A stretch of 64,000 bases of DNA, taken from positions 222,328-286,327 of the forward strand of contig NMRA01000550.1 of assembly GCA_002633005.1 (NCBI GenBank), written 5' to 3'. Source of the stretch: Phoronis australis (lineage: Eukaryota > Animalia > Phoronida). This document shows, piece by piece, positions 28,401 through 43,400 of the stretch; the first letter of the stretch is position 1, and every line of letters starts with the position of its first letter. The notes under the pieces are model-generated. The model saw nothing but the letters and a program-made list of their open reading frames with translations. It was not told the origin of the DNA and did no database searches. The translations under genes and the position numbers were made by a program.

Positions 28401-31400
28401 ATTTCAGTCTTAAGTCATGTTCATGAAAAAGACCCCTGGCGCCACCTAAGAGTAACATTAGCATCCAGTGTTGGGATTATTTCAGACAATTTTAAAATGA
28501 GAAAGAACAGCTATGTCTCTACATGTCATCAGAGAGGGAGTTGACATCAGTGGAGTTGTCCACTGACACAAAGCACAGCACTGTGAACTTTTCCACACAG
28601 ACAGACTGTTTATAAACAAAAGCACCCACACAGTTTGCGAGATGTCAATCTTAAGCAATAGATGTCAGGGCTGTTTGCAGTGGATAACCACAGAGCACTA
28701 AGTCACAAATAGAAAGAACTAAGGCGTGGTGCTTTTGTCAGATAAGAAGCAAGGTAGATCTTTGTCCAACTGACGTGTATGTCAGGGCTGGATCGTCGAT
28801 TCCATTCATCCAAGAAAACTATTAAGAAAACTCACAATTCCATTTCACAAACCAAGATTTCTTGGTGCAAGTACCTTGCGAGGTGCCTCACCTTACATAA
28901 TGCATTTCTTGGTGCAAGTACCTTGCGAGGTGCCTCACCTTACATAATGCATTTCTTGGTGCAAGTACCTTGCGAGGTGCCTCACCTTACATAATGCATT
29001 TCTTGGTGCAAGTACCTTGCGAGGTGCCTCACCTTACATAATGCATTTCTTGGTGCAAGTACCTTGCGAGGTGCCTCACCTTACATAATGCATCCCAGGT
29101 TAGTGCACGGACGTCAGTGGAGATGGGGCAAAAAATCACCTTGCTTCTTTTAAAAAATCACCTTGCTTCTTTTAAAAAATCACCTTGCTTCTTTTCTGGT
29201 AAAACGTCTATTTAAGGCGACCACTCACAGCAGGGAGGAACACAGTGTGCTTCGTGTCTTTCCGTGTTCTAGTTTTTACAGACAGGAATTAGTTCAGCCA
29301 CTGAAACACTTGTGCTCAAGTACTATAATATTTCATCAATTTTGAACAAAAATAATTTCCAAAATTGTAACTTTTTTAATTTTAAACATTGCTGTGAATA
29401 CCCACAAATTTTTTCAAATTATTGTTTGGTGATAGCTATGGCGCAGACGCTGAACATGGAAAAGCATACAGTCATGTCTTTCAGAGAAAAACGATAAAAT
29501 GAAACTTCATTTGTCCGCCATATTGTGGAGATTTTGCGCTAAACAGGCGAATATTTACTGACTACACAAGGCATCTAACTATTTGTGAATTAGAGGCCCA
29601 CTGAATTAGAAAACCATACTGTGAATGTGAAGAGTAGACTAATGAGGACTACATTCAGCCTAGACACGGCTGGATATACTATCTTGGACGGAATGATTGG
29701 ATGGATGAAGATTAGGGAATACACCTAGACACATCTCTGTAGAGAGAGAAACAGCTTGGAAATCTGACAGGAGAAACAACAAAATTGAATTCACGATTCA
29801 CGATTTAAGGCAAACAAAAGAGTTGAAATCACGGTATGCAAATGTTTTGTAATTAATGGTAATAAGACTTTTGTAATTAATTGTAGTACAGAAAGTTTCA
29901 TGAAAGACGTCTAGAAGAATTGAAGTTAGCAATCCATTTTATCGCATTTTCAACAAAATGTGTTTAAAAATCTGCCAGCCATCCAAGTAATTAATCAAGA
30001 CAATAGATAATGTCTTCCACACACACTTTGACCCCCAAACACATTCCTCACTGCAGATGCCAAAGACTGGCCACTGATTCAGTGCAAGGGTTATATTCTC
30101 GACCACTGGCCTTTGAAGTACAGAGACAATGGGTCATGCAGACAGTGTGTTGACATAGGTGGTAGAGAGACAGGGAACTAATTAGAGCCCTGTGTGAACT
30201 GGTTAGGAAACTGGGGTGAACAGGGCATGTGGGCAGAGGGGTGTGGTCACACGCCCAAGGGCATGAGGCTACAGATGGGCAGCAAGCACACTAGATCAAG
30301 GTCAGCGGGTGAGAATGACCATGTGCAGTGTCGCATGTATGCAGCAGTGACTGTTTATTGAAAATGAGCAAAAAAAGTGATCATGAGGAGGGTCATACAG
30401 TAAAGCGACCATGAGGAGGGTCGTACAGTAAAGTGACCATGAGGAGGGTCATACAGTAAAGTGACCATGAGGAGAGTCATACAGTAAAGTGACCATCAGG
30501 AGGGTTGTACAATAAATGACCATGAAGAGGGTCATACAGTAAAGTGACCATGAGGAGGGTCGTACAGTAAAGTGACCATGAGGAGGGTCGTTCAGTAAAG
30601 TGACCATGAGGAGGGTCATACAGTAGTGACCATGAAGAGGGTCATACAGTAAAGTGACCATGAGGAGGGTCCTACAGTAAAGTGACCATGAGGAGGGTTG
30701 TACAGTAAAGTGACCATGAGGAGGGTTGTACAGTGCAAGTTTATTTAAAATGAGCAAAAAGGCACTCACAATGAAATAAGGTCAACAATGAAGTCTCATT
30801 AGTGTCAGAAAACAATATGTTAATGAACTGTGCACTGTGCAAAGCAAAAAGGTTAACTATAATTCTCAATGAGGATAAGCAATTTCATAGTTGATCTATA
30901 ACTTCCTCAATACCTAGTTGAAACGTCAGAAAAAAGGCTGCCACAAGTGTGTTTCAGAACACTTCTAGTTGGAAAGGAGAGACAAGCTACTTGTTCACAA
31001 AACGCACCATTTCAACTTAGCAAGACGTCACATTTCAACACAAGGAATGGTGGCAAACATCGCTGGCTTTGAAATGATGAATTTTGTTACATTTAACGAA
31101 CAGTATGAGTAACCATTACAACATGGAACGCTAAGAATGACATCTCAACAACCAGAGACAGACTACGATCCTCCCCTTTACATTGTCTTGGATGTCCATA
31201 GCGACATCTTAACAACCACAGACGCACTACATCCCTCCCCTTTATAACATTCTGGACGTCCATTATTTCACCCACTCCACTTACCACATTTTTCTCGTTA
31301 GACTGACCCTCGTGAGGAACACAGCGGGAGGCATGACCATAGCATGAGCAGCTCCCCCTGACGACCATCTCATACATCGAGTAGTAGTACTTCTCCAGTA

Positions 31401-34400
31401 TCTCGGGTCTACTGTCCAACAGTACATCACCTACACACGCACACACAAACACGCAAGGTTCGTAAAGCTGCATACAATGATAATTGGGTTAAAATCTCAA
31501 ACTTCACATGGTTAGTGACAGCCAATATTGTCGTGAAAGCAATCTCAAATATCATTTGTTCCAGGAAACATTACAAATGCTAATCCGTTGCAATAGTTCC
31601 AGAAAGTTTACACCAAAACAGAGGCTTTTCAATAAGGTACTGGGTGTGGTTTTAAATTTTTCACAAACCTATACAGCTCGTAATGAAGATACTGCTCATG
31701 TATACACCACATCACCTGATTAACAAACCAAATGAAAGCGCTCTGAGGAGCGAAACTTGGCGAAATTAACCAAAAAAAACACGTTCGAGAGGACGAGAAA
31801 AGACGACGACAGAGATGATGACGAAGATGACAGCTATGACGACGATGGTGGCGATAATGGACAACCCTAGTTATGATATCATTCATATAACAAACGTAGA
31901 GGTCAGAAATCACTAAGAAATAGGCTACAGTCTTGAGCGACACTTGGCGAAATTAACTGAAGAAAAGACGACGTCGGAGATGATAACGAAGATGACGAAT
32001 ATGATGATGGTGGTGGCCATGATGAACAACATCATAACATTCATATGACGAATTTAGATGTCATAAATCATTAAGAAATAGGCTGCGGTCTAGTTCAATA
32101 GAAGCTAAACCAACCTGAATGCAGCAAGAGCGCTAAACAAAGGAGCAGCGTTATCACAAAATCTCAAATAACTCGAAAAGTAGACGTCGTAGAGAAAAAT
32201 GGAAAGCATAGTCTGAAAGCCCGTTCAAAATTCTATCTAAACTGATGGTATCGCCTAATTCCGTAAATTTTTCGAAAAAAATGAAATTTTGCGTTTTTTT
32301 TTAAGAATTTCAAACTCAAATAACTCGAAAACGGTAAGTCTGAGAAAAAAATTGTTACAGGCCATTTGAAAGATAATACTTCAAAGAATCTACATGCAAA
32401 AAATCACGTCTTTTTCTCTTCCCGTTTAAAATCGCACTCCAGACGACTGAAAAAGGATCAACATGCGCCATATCCGCCATCTTGAATGCAACTTCCGGTT
32501 TTTTGGCTTTGTATAATAGCATGTTACAAGAAACTAATACTTGTAAAAATTCGAAGGAATTGGTCTCATAATGCGCCCTCTAGAGGAGAAAACGTTTTTA
32601 AGCCAAAATCGAGGTGCGCATGCGNNNNNNNNNNNNNNNNNNNNNNNNNNNNNNNNNNNNNNNNNNNNNNNNTTAGATGTCATAAATCAATAAGAAATAG
32701 GCTACAGTCTAGTTCAATAGAAGATATACCAACATCAATGCAGCAAGAGCGCTCAACAAAGGAACAGCGTTATCAGAAAATCTCAAATAACTCGAAAAGT
32801 AGACGTCCTAGCGAAAAATGGAAAACATCTTCTGAAAGCCCGTCCAAAATTCTATCTATACTGATGGTATCGCCTAATTCCGTAAATTTTTCGAAAAAAA
32901 TGAAATTTTGAGTTTTTTTAAAGAAATTCAAAGTCAAATAACTCGAAAACGGTAATTCTGAAAAAAAATTGTTACAGGCCATTTGAAAGAATATACTTCA
33001 AAGAATCTACATGCAAAAAATCACGTCTTTTTCTCTTCCCGTTTAAAATTGCACTCCAGACGACTGAAAATGGGTCAACATGCGACAGATCCGCCATCTT
33101 GAAAGCAACTTCCGGTTTTTTGGCTTTGAATAATAGCATGTTACAAGAAACAAATACCTGTAAAAATTCGAAGGAATTGGTCTTATAATACGCCCTCTTG
33201 AGGAGAAAACGTTTTTAGGCCAAAATCGAGGTGCACATGCGCGATCGCCGATATTTCCGCCATCTTTAACCGGAAGTAAACAATTTCAGGTATACTTATA
33301 GCAAACTTCCAGCCCATTTACTGTGCCGATTCTTAGCCTTTTACGTAAAAAATTGTAGCCTCCAGAAGCATTTGAACCCTTAAATGGAAACAAAATGGCC
33401 GCCAAGGCCGCCATCTTGGATCCGATTTTGACGAAAAACAATAGGCTTCCAGTACTTCCGGAAGTACGTGTTATGTGTAAATTTCGTGATGATCGGACGA
33501 AAATTGCGACCAGTATCGTGCGAACAAACAAAAAAAAAAAAAAAAACTTAGTGGAAGAGCAACATACTTGGCGAAATTTATTTCTCCAAGTAATTAACTG
33601 ATTAAACTATATTTTTAACTTGTGCCTATTCGATAGTATTTTCACAGTGTATGGTACTTCCTCATTAATTAAGCACACAATACAACTGACAAAAGAAGTT
33701 CTATTTCGTCAAATTTCTCCTTAAAAATTGTTTGCAATGTCTAGATGTCATGAAACAGCATTCGGTAAATTGAGCCACCAATGTTTCTATCAAGGTTATC
33801 AGTTTTTGAATGAAAATGGCAATTTTGACAATATTATTTTGCTGCAAAATAGGCAATAGCCGGATAAAACGTGCCCGAAGTTTAAGAACCAGTTTGATGC
33901 CCGTTATTCAGAGGAGAAAACTCAGGGTTCTCAAAATTTGGGCACGTTATATCCGGCCATTACTGCAAATTGAGTAGAGAACTACCATAGCAGAATCAAC
34001 TAAGAACATTTACATTATTGAGCACCTTTGATGTTTATTTGTGTTCCATCTGTGGGGAGTTACACATGCGCGCATACAGGGGGAGATCGGGGTTGGCAAT
34101 GTGGGCAAAAAAGTCCGCCTCAGAGAAACAAAAACTCCGAAAAAAAGAAGATAACGAGACAGAAGTCCACTAAAAAGTAAGAAACTAACAAAATTCGATG
34201 AATGCACAATTCATAGCTCTGAACGTACCCCATGAATCTTAATAAAAGGTTCACATTTTCAAAAATTCGAGCTTCCATTGTTTACGGCTGGGTGTGTGTA
34301 TGCTACACTAACCTAGTGTGTGAAGTTCGGTGAAGTTAACTCTAAGGTTGGTCAGTTTGAGTAGATCTTGCACTTCTGGACTGTAGGGGTCTCTGACTTC

Positions 34401-37400
34401 GATACTTGGAGGTAACACCCGGAAGATTACCTAGAAATGGTCAGTGAGGGTATATTTGGAGCAGTACACAGGACAATGGTTGAGAGCCGATATATACGTA
34501 TACTTCCACATGTCACACGTTTTTGCGTCATAGGCAAGGATGTCAAGAATACGAGTAGTACTTCAAATACAAATTTTGCAGTCAATCTTTTACATTGCAA
34601 TTGTTGATCATTTCAATATAATTGTAGTATCAAAGTCATAACTGAGTATATGTTCATCAAATAATATCTGACGTTGTCCACTCCCATGTCCACTAAGTGC
34701 CTTACCTCACCGCCACTAGATGGCGCCACAGCAGAGTATTTCTCCTCGCAGATGACATCCTTTATGTTACGCACTGGGCCCAGCGGGATGCCTGGAAAAC
34801 TGCGTCGGCAATTTTGGGCAAAGTAGCGATAAATCTTCCAGGTGTCGCCAAAGTCATACGACCTTTCCACGAACATGGCTTTGGGTCTGAATGTTTTGAA
34901 GGTCATCACAAGATGAGTGAAGTGGAATTCCGCCTCCAGGTTCAACTGTATCGACACGTTGTGCACACCATTCTCCGCCTGCCACCATGTTTTGGAACGT
35001 GTCTCGCCAAACCTGCGCACTATATTCTCAACAGGGTGCCGGTTTCGTATCGACACATCATCACATATAAAGCATTTTTTCTTATCGTGTAAGTCACTGA
35101 TGACACAGTACTGTTGAGGCTTCTTCAAGCCGCAGGTAGAGGTCGCCCGAAGGCGATTCTTGCGGCCTATAAGTAGGTCACCAGTCTCAGGGTAACAACT
35201 GCTCCCAACACACTCATCCGAGCCTGGTCCTTCCTGTGAGGTTATAGCTGAAACGTCAACAAAGAATGGTATTCAATGAACACGCAAACATAATCAACTA
35301 CCCGCAACCACTTATGGAGTCAGCGACGTTTTAGACAAAACTCTATATAGCAGGCCTGCCCATGAAACTGTCAGCTACCACTGTTAACATGTATCAGTGT
35401 ATTAGTGCTCAACACTCGTCCAACGATGGGTGAAATAATCGCTGAGCCAAATCAATGACAATTATATTTTTACCACGTCGTGGAAATGTAAAATCTTTCC
35501 CCAAATATAGAGAAAAAACAATACAGAGGTTGGTATATATAGATCGAATGTCAATAAATTCTAGAACTCGAAACTAGAGGGTACATTGCTCATAAATATT
35601 GATTTGCTCAACACTACACCTGAAGGCCATAGATCGTGTAATCCCAACAATTTTCCAACTAATTTTCCAATTTCCAAGAGTGATAAGGTTTCTGCTGAAA
35701 TTATGACATACTGTGTTATCGAAACCATAAACCAAACATACATGGCAGCCCAAGTCCCGGGTGACATCTACAGGACATCAATTATCAATCAGAATTGAAA
35801 TAAGGTTTAGTAAACTTTATCACGAGTGTGTAAAGAATGGAAAGCAAATATTTTAAACCACATCAGACAAGGTATAACTGATCCATTGTTTGCAAAAACT
35901 ATCCTGTATTTGCCCAACTGAAAAGAACAAATGAAACTCAGATGTTTTAAGAATTTTAACCCAGTCAGTGTGACTGAGTCAACTGACACTTTTTTGTTCA
36001 ATTAGACATGAAAAATTGGATTTCTTGAGCACAGAGACTTCTCACAGCCTAACCAGGTGTAAAGTATAATTACCACGTTAGTCGTGTCCACACAGATACT
36101 GGCCCTAGAGCAAAATTTGCACACATAAAGCTGTATACCCCCCTGTAAACAGTCTAAAATTGAATTATGCATTTACTCTATTTGCAACCAGTCTAATATT
36201 ACTGAGATAGAATCATAATTTTCAAATTCACGGTTTTGCGGTTGGCCAACTGTAACAGAACTCTGCAGTGTTTTCTTGACTCATTGACGGTTTCGATGTT
36301 CTTGTTGGTGACGGAAATAGAATACTAATATCACGGTAAAAATTATAAGATATTATAAAAGGCTCAATTCGATTTCTGTTTTTAGTCAGCTAAACACGAC
36401 GAAATACAGCTTTAAGAAACCTGTCTGGGCCAACAGCACCAAGTATGGAGTACAAAATCCAAAAAATTGGCCGACAATCAAGCACTAAGTCTGCTTTGGC
36501 AATGAATCGAGGAGACTGCCCATTGGTGCAGGAGGCATGGTTTTTAACAAGGAGACTGAACTTGATATTAACTGAAGGCTTGCAACAGATGGATAATTAT
36601 TTTACAGCTCAGCCATTAGAATAGACTAATGAACAAGAATGTTATAAATCTGGCATAGAACACAGCCAGAGCCAGACATTACACTGAGCCTTTATAGGCA
36701 ATCAGGATGAACTGTCTGTTATAAACCACTCAACACAAGGAGGGTGAACAGATGTGTTGCTTAAACAAATATGACAGACTTTTTAAATAATCAACTGCAA
36801 ACTGTCAGCTTGGGTCAACATTTTGACAGGGCATTGAGACTGACCACAGGGAAGGAAATGACAAGGATTTCTGTCACTGACTCAATGGGATGGGAACTTG
36901 AAATTCACTAGGTGGCGCCAGTGTAGCACGGGCTCTTCCAATAGAACTGCATGCAATCAAGTAGTCACATGGTATCCTCATGACGCCCAGCATGAAGTCA
37001 CACAACAGCCACTTAAGGATAAATAAAGGGAGGGGAGTTGTGCTAACAGACTTGTGCCCAGTTGCATGAAACAGTCCCAAATAAGGACTCAACTAAGTTC
37101 CCTAAATCTACTGCGTATTTGAAGGTTTGTGAAAACACTGATTGTCCTTTCCTATGCAGTTTGAGTCTCGTTACTAAGTCCATTTTGTCTTTGATACAAA
37201 TCAAGGGTGAATTCTACATTGATTTCTCGATATTATTGAAAATAACACCAATAATTTAAGGACTAAGTCCCTAATTATTTTGATTGAATTAAGGGCTCAG
37301 TTTTTAGCTACATAATTAGAAACCGTCATTTAGTTAAAGAGGAGAGCACAATAAAGATAAAACGATAGAAAAACCATTACATCTGTGACTAAAGAACAAC

Positions 37401-40400
37401 ACAAATACACAAAAGATTTAGGGAACTTGGTTGAGTCCCTATTTGGAACTGTTTCACGCAACCAACCACTGGTGAGCAACAAGGGAACAGTGGTACAGTG
37501 AACATTAACAGCTGAACACTGCCAAGTGAACTGACTCGCATAATTGGGTGTGTGTGCCTTGGATTACAGGCACAAGAACAGCTGAAATCAACAACAGATG
37601 GTCGGAACAAGTGGTAGTGCCTTTTCTTTTTTTACATCGAAGCAAAAATGATGTCAAACCGAGTTCAAGTAAAGCGGCCATGACACCATGAGTGTTCCAA
37701 CTGTGTACAATTTTGGACAGGGAAACTTGGCTGAAATACAGATACAGATGTATTCGTGGCCAAGTTTGCAAAGTCAATCCTCGTCGGAAAAAGAAAAGAA
37801 GCGAAAGACGTCTCTAATACACGGCGACACTTGTTTCACCTGTGCCAAGGTCAAAAGTCATAACAGGTAAACTGAAGCCAGGACACCAAGTTGCACACCC
37901 ATTCATAACTCACTCAGTTCAGGGTCAAAACACTAAATTATCCTTAGCAGACACTTATATTAGACGAAGCATATAGTACCCCTAGTCACTGTCATTAATA
38001 CATCAATCTCATAGATAAGACCAGTCCTTTCATAAAAGGCAATGAGGTCTGTACATGAGGTCTATACCCGCTGCCCAGATTAGACAGATAGCAGAAGGCT
38101 TGTTGCCTTGTTCTAATCATCATAATATTTCATCATTAGTCAAGACAAGAGACCAACAATTTGTCAGCAAATTGGACATTGAAAAGTTCATTGGTCAATA
38201 ATTCCAATGTCGGTGGAAATCTGTGGCCATGTGTGCTGGGTCTGGTAATCTCAAAGAGAGGTCAAGATAGCACCTGTCTGCCCCGCCTACGCAGTGTAAA
38301 CAGAGAACAGAGTGCAGAGGCCAGGCAGAGGAGTGCAGGCTGGGACAAATACCAAAGACACATGATCAGGGCAGGGAAAGAGAAGGGACCAGGAAATGCC
38401 AAGTACTCTGGAATGTTGTCAACTCTCTCTTGGTCATGTTTAGCAACCAACACACAACACACTAGAACTGCACTGGTTATAAGAAACACAGTGCCATCTG
38501 TTATGCATTAACAGAATGACGTGGTCATGTCATAAACCAGCCAAGTGGAACAGGTCACACAATTTATACTACTGTCCCCTTTTAAGACAACTTTTACTTA
38601 ATGATTACATAACGAAAGTTAAAACCAACAATTACAGATAGTTGATAAAATAAGTGACCACCAAGCACACTTTAGTTGAGCCAACAAAGCACAAGAGATA
38701 AGTGTCGTGTTATGTAATCGAATATCTGAACAAACTTGGCATTGTCAGAGTTCACTGACTCAGTGTTTTATTTTGGATGACACTCACCCTTCAGTTCGTG
38801 TAAATTAGCAATTGTTACTTTATTCATAAATCACTTACAGATGTTTTACATAAAAGTAAAGTTTTATCACTAAGTGCAGATGGTATTTTACATACAATGC
38901 AAGCTTTATTCCAAGGTAAACAAGGTGTACCTCACCAAGCATCCACCATTAACAAAGTTTTTGAACTAAATTGTCCCATCTAACATGTGATAGTCATTAA
39001 CTATCACCAATCTAAAAGACTCATTTCAATGCATTGAATTTAAAGCCTAATTGCGGCAATGAGAATCAACATGCCCACTGTTAATAGTATGCAGCCCTCT
39101 GAAACTATGGTGTTTTTGTTTAATTGGCCACTTCTAAGCTGTGTTCTAAATTAAGACCGTGAATCACAGCACAATACACCCAGTGTAAGTAGCAGTTCAG
39201 GGCTTCTCCTATTCTGAGACTGATAAAATTACTGGACCACTGACAATAAACACTTATAGAGCCCAGTGTTGTTTTTAGCCTAGAACTGTCTTACTAAAAT
39301 ATGTATGATAACAAAATACAAATAGGGTCACCCACTTAGAGCACAATGTTTGGTTAACTTGTCTTGCCAAACAAATGTGACCAGAAGACATGAACACAGA
39401 CAGTTTCTCATTGCACTTGTGGTACTGTTTACTGTTATATCTGATTTGTTTCATATGGTCAGATTGAGCAAGGGGTCGGATTGTGTGTGTGTGTGGGGAG
39501 AGGGGGGGTCAAAACAAAGAGGTGCCAGCCAATAAGGAATTTGTCAATATTATATCTGATGCTTGCTTAATTTACAGCCAAGAGGCATTTTTGTCATGTC
39601 AAAGAATTAAGTGGACAATCACTAGGGTATTCTCCATTACACAAAAATCAAACTCAAGACATTTATGAACTGTCCATGTTCATTCTATGGAGGATTTCTA
39701 TCTAAAGCTGATGAATCAACATTGAACTGGTGTTAAATGTACAAAATGTGCTTTAATTAACAAATGACTAATTTCTCATATTGTTTCTTCACTCGGCACA
39801 ACTGCCAAATTCCATGAGGCAAAATTCAAATTGCGATGATGAGTTAAACATAGGCTATATGGCAAACACTAAATGAATAAAGTATTGCTCAATGACACCA
39901 GATACCAGTATGTATATACCAACGGTACTTTCCACTGCAGCTGAACAGCTAAAACTAAAGGAAATGGCCTGCTGTGCATCACCGTGGCAACAGTCTGCTA
40001 TCTTGGGATGCTTTCTTGTGACAGTTTAACTCAAAACAACTGAAATAAATCCTCAATTCACAATCCAGATTTTTCCGAATGTTTAGGAAAACAAGTTGCA
40101 GTAACCAGAAAATGAACTATAAGATCAAGGGTCTATTTTTCTAAGCCCTCAAAACAGTCTGTGGTCAACCCAAAGGGTGATCTGCGTATTGGTTTCACAT
40201 CTCGGTCCATGTTTTGTCTCCAAATCGGCCCACAGCTGTATAAGCACACAAAGCATGTCCACCAACACACTGTCATGAACATCCAATAACAAACCATGGC
40301 AGAGATGACACACCTGTGCCGAACAAGCAGTCACAGGCCAAGAGGGAGCACTCTCAATCATGTAGCAGATGAAAGAAAGGGGGGGGTATTTGTGCTGCGT

Positions 40401-43400
40401 CACACTTGTCACCTTCTCACAGTGTCAACACTGTCATTTATGAATTGTGAGCTAACGCACCCAATAAATCTACTTAAGTTAAAGGGGCAATTTGCCACTG
40501 TTTCAGTGTTGAATGTTCCTGAAGCCCTTCAGTGGTTACCAACATTACCAAGCTCATCTAATCTTGACTTGCTGTCTAATAAGCCTGTAACAGGCTACAA
40601 CAATAAAAATTCTCAAGTCTACGGTTGGCAAATTCCCAAGTCAACGGTAGGCAAACCCCAATAAACTTTGAACTATTTTCTTGAATTACTGATGGCTTTT
40701 AATAGAAATAGAATCCTATCACAGAACGGAATGTTACGAAACCAATTTAGGAGAGTAAAAAGCCTAATTCGATTTAAATCTTGTAGCCAGTTACAAGACA
40801 AAACATATCTTTCATCTGCCCTTTTTGCAACCCCTCCAGAGAAAATCAAGACTTAAAAGCAGAGAGTAAAAGGTTAACTCAACTCAAATTTCAGAGATGC
40901 TGAATGGAGTTATTCAAGTTTCAAGAGAATACATCACAGGCATCGTGGTTTCACCAGTAGCTGGTATATGTCCTTTGTCCGTTTATTGGATATATAACCA
41001 AATAATAAAGAAAATAAATGAGAATCCATCGCCATGACAGGTAGGTGAGCTATGGTCCTTTGATGGGAGGAAGGTGATAGCATTCAAGGCCAGAGTACCA
41101 TTAGGGTGGTATATTTGATTATAATGTTGTGAGTAAGGGCCAATATTGACCTAACCACCCAAAGTTGTGTAATGTGCCATTGAGAGCTCCTGGGCATAAA
41201 TACACAGGGGGATAATGCATGACTTCAGGGTTATTGAGAACGAACTGCACAGCCTCAGGTAATGGCACAAGAGGCCAGCACAATATATCCTCCACTGTAG
41301 AGTGCACTGGGCTGGAATTGACAGCCTTATAGTGCAGAGGGGCTTAAGTGGCACAATATTTGTAAAGTAAAAGGGAAAAATCATATTTGTATAAATTGTT
41401 ATCCTTAATAGGAATATGATCTGCATGTTTTCCACAATGTATATCAGTGCTCATTGCAGTTCCGTAGAGCCCAATTACAGTAAAAATTCTTCAGTTTGGG
41501 ACAAAAACAACACTCGAATTTCATTTGTCCGCCATATTGAATTGTCTCATTTGTCAGTCCTAAATTGGTGAGATTTTGCCATAGGCCAAGTACATCACTT
41601 TGGAATGTTGCACGCATAATTAATTAGTGACAGGATAACAGCAATTGGCTCTTACAACTGTGACAAGATGAGTGCAACAACACAGAATATTAAGAAATGA
41701 AATGAAATGAGCAGCGCTCACAGATACGCAAACCGACTTTCACATGAGGCTATGTCAAAGAAGATTTCAAATAAATCTTCCCCCTGAGCGTTGCTTATAC
41801 CCTGTGTTGGAGTGCCCTCCCCACCCCCCAGTTGTCACAGTCAAGACAGTGATCCTCAGGCAATCTTACCATGACACCATGACACATGACCTCTTGGCGC
41901 AAAAATAGATGCACAAACTTAACATCTCTATACAGCCCTGAGCACTCACACCGCAGCTCAATACTCACTCCCCTACACTATGATAACCCCTAGAGCAATA
42001 CTCAGTCCCCTACATTATGGCCCCCTGCCCAATACTCACTACCCTACACTATGATAACCCCTAGAGCAATACTCAGTCCCCTACCTTATGGCCCCCTGCC
42101 CAATACTCATTCCCCTACACTATAACGCCTAGAGCAATTCTCAGTCCCTTACCTCATGCCCCCCCCACTCAATACTCACTCCTTGCTATTGTCAACTGAT
42201 CTTACTACAATTGGGTATAAAAACATGCACTGTAAATATTATCTCACTCTTCTAAACACATCTTATGGCTTAGTTCACAAAATCACATAGTTCTGACAGT
42301 ATGCAGCCCAACCTATTATACCATTACCTGACACCAATAACCTGAGAACACCATTACACTAGATGGTACATTAGTTTAGGAAAATACAACAGAAATCCCC
42401 CATAGTGAACTGTTTAGTCACCTCTCCAGAAACTAGGCAGGTGATGGCAGACAGTCATATAGGCAATGGTGATGGTACACTAATATTAAAACAATTTCAA
42501 AAAATTCACAAAATCAATCTTAGCCATTTCCATAACACGAATTGTGTGAATATTTTTGACAGCTAAGGTCTCTATAGCTTATATAGAAATCTTGCACATG
42601 TGGTCTGTGAGTAGGGGTGCACTGACTGACCTCAAGGTTGTGAGGTCTCAAGATGTGACCATTCCCACAGGCATGAGTGCCTCTACTGTTTTTCAAACTG
42701 TCATTATCAGTAGTCTTTGTCATAGAATCTTAGAACCACGCAAAGGAGAGTGAATTTCCATCAATTCACACAAAAATAGGTTGCTCAGAGGAAGAGTCAA
42801 ACAAAATGTTCCTGTGTAACACAATGCTTTTAACAAAGAATCTAACAGGCACACTCTAATATCGGTTTCCACATACACTGGTGTTATCAAACTAGTCCCC
42901 AGGTGATCCCTGACTAAGCCTCATTTTTCAGAATGTATGCCTTGTATTTTGTCACAGATAATTTACAGTGAATGAAAGTCCAGGATGTCAGCTAGCTGTG
43001 AACCAATAAAAGACCATTCAGTTGCTCACACTTAACACAGGCAAGCTACATCAGGTTACACTTGACCAGTTCACAAAAGGTTGTGAAGGGTTTAACTAAC
43101 CTGTAATCACTTGTAAGTTGTATAGAACTACTACTCCTATACAATCACAAAAGTAGCTCTGATTATGTTGAGAGATATACAACATTCACTGACAACTAGG
43201 CACATATAAACCTGATGATGTCAAGAGTCAGACTTAGAGAACATAAATTTTGGAAATGCAGAAAGTTTATTCTGGTGGCAACAGAGTAAATGTTCTAAGC
43301 CTGCACACTAGTTTTAGGATATTCTCAACAACTTGGTATCTGACACAGTGAATGCTTGAAAATATACTTTGGAAAAAATGTAGTAATAACCCAAAGGTAC

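Noticed and set aside
30449-30769. ORF with repeated [10 protein letters not shown]
   Set aside because: Minisatellite translation with frame switching and no splice context.
34697-35117. + strand ORFs overlapping exons (also 2001, 5740, 10678, 18146, 22707)
   Set aside because: Antisense shadows of laminin codons with no recognisable products.
38161-38511. ORFs in the long intron as a nested gene
   Set aside because: No recognisable domain, no exon chain, and lengths compatible with chance.
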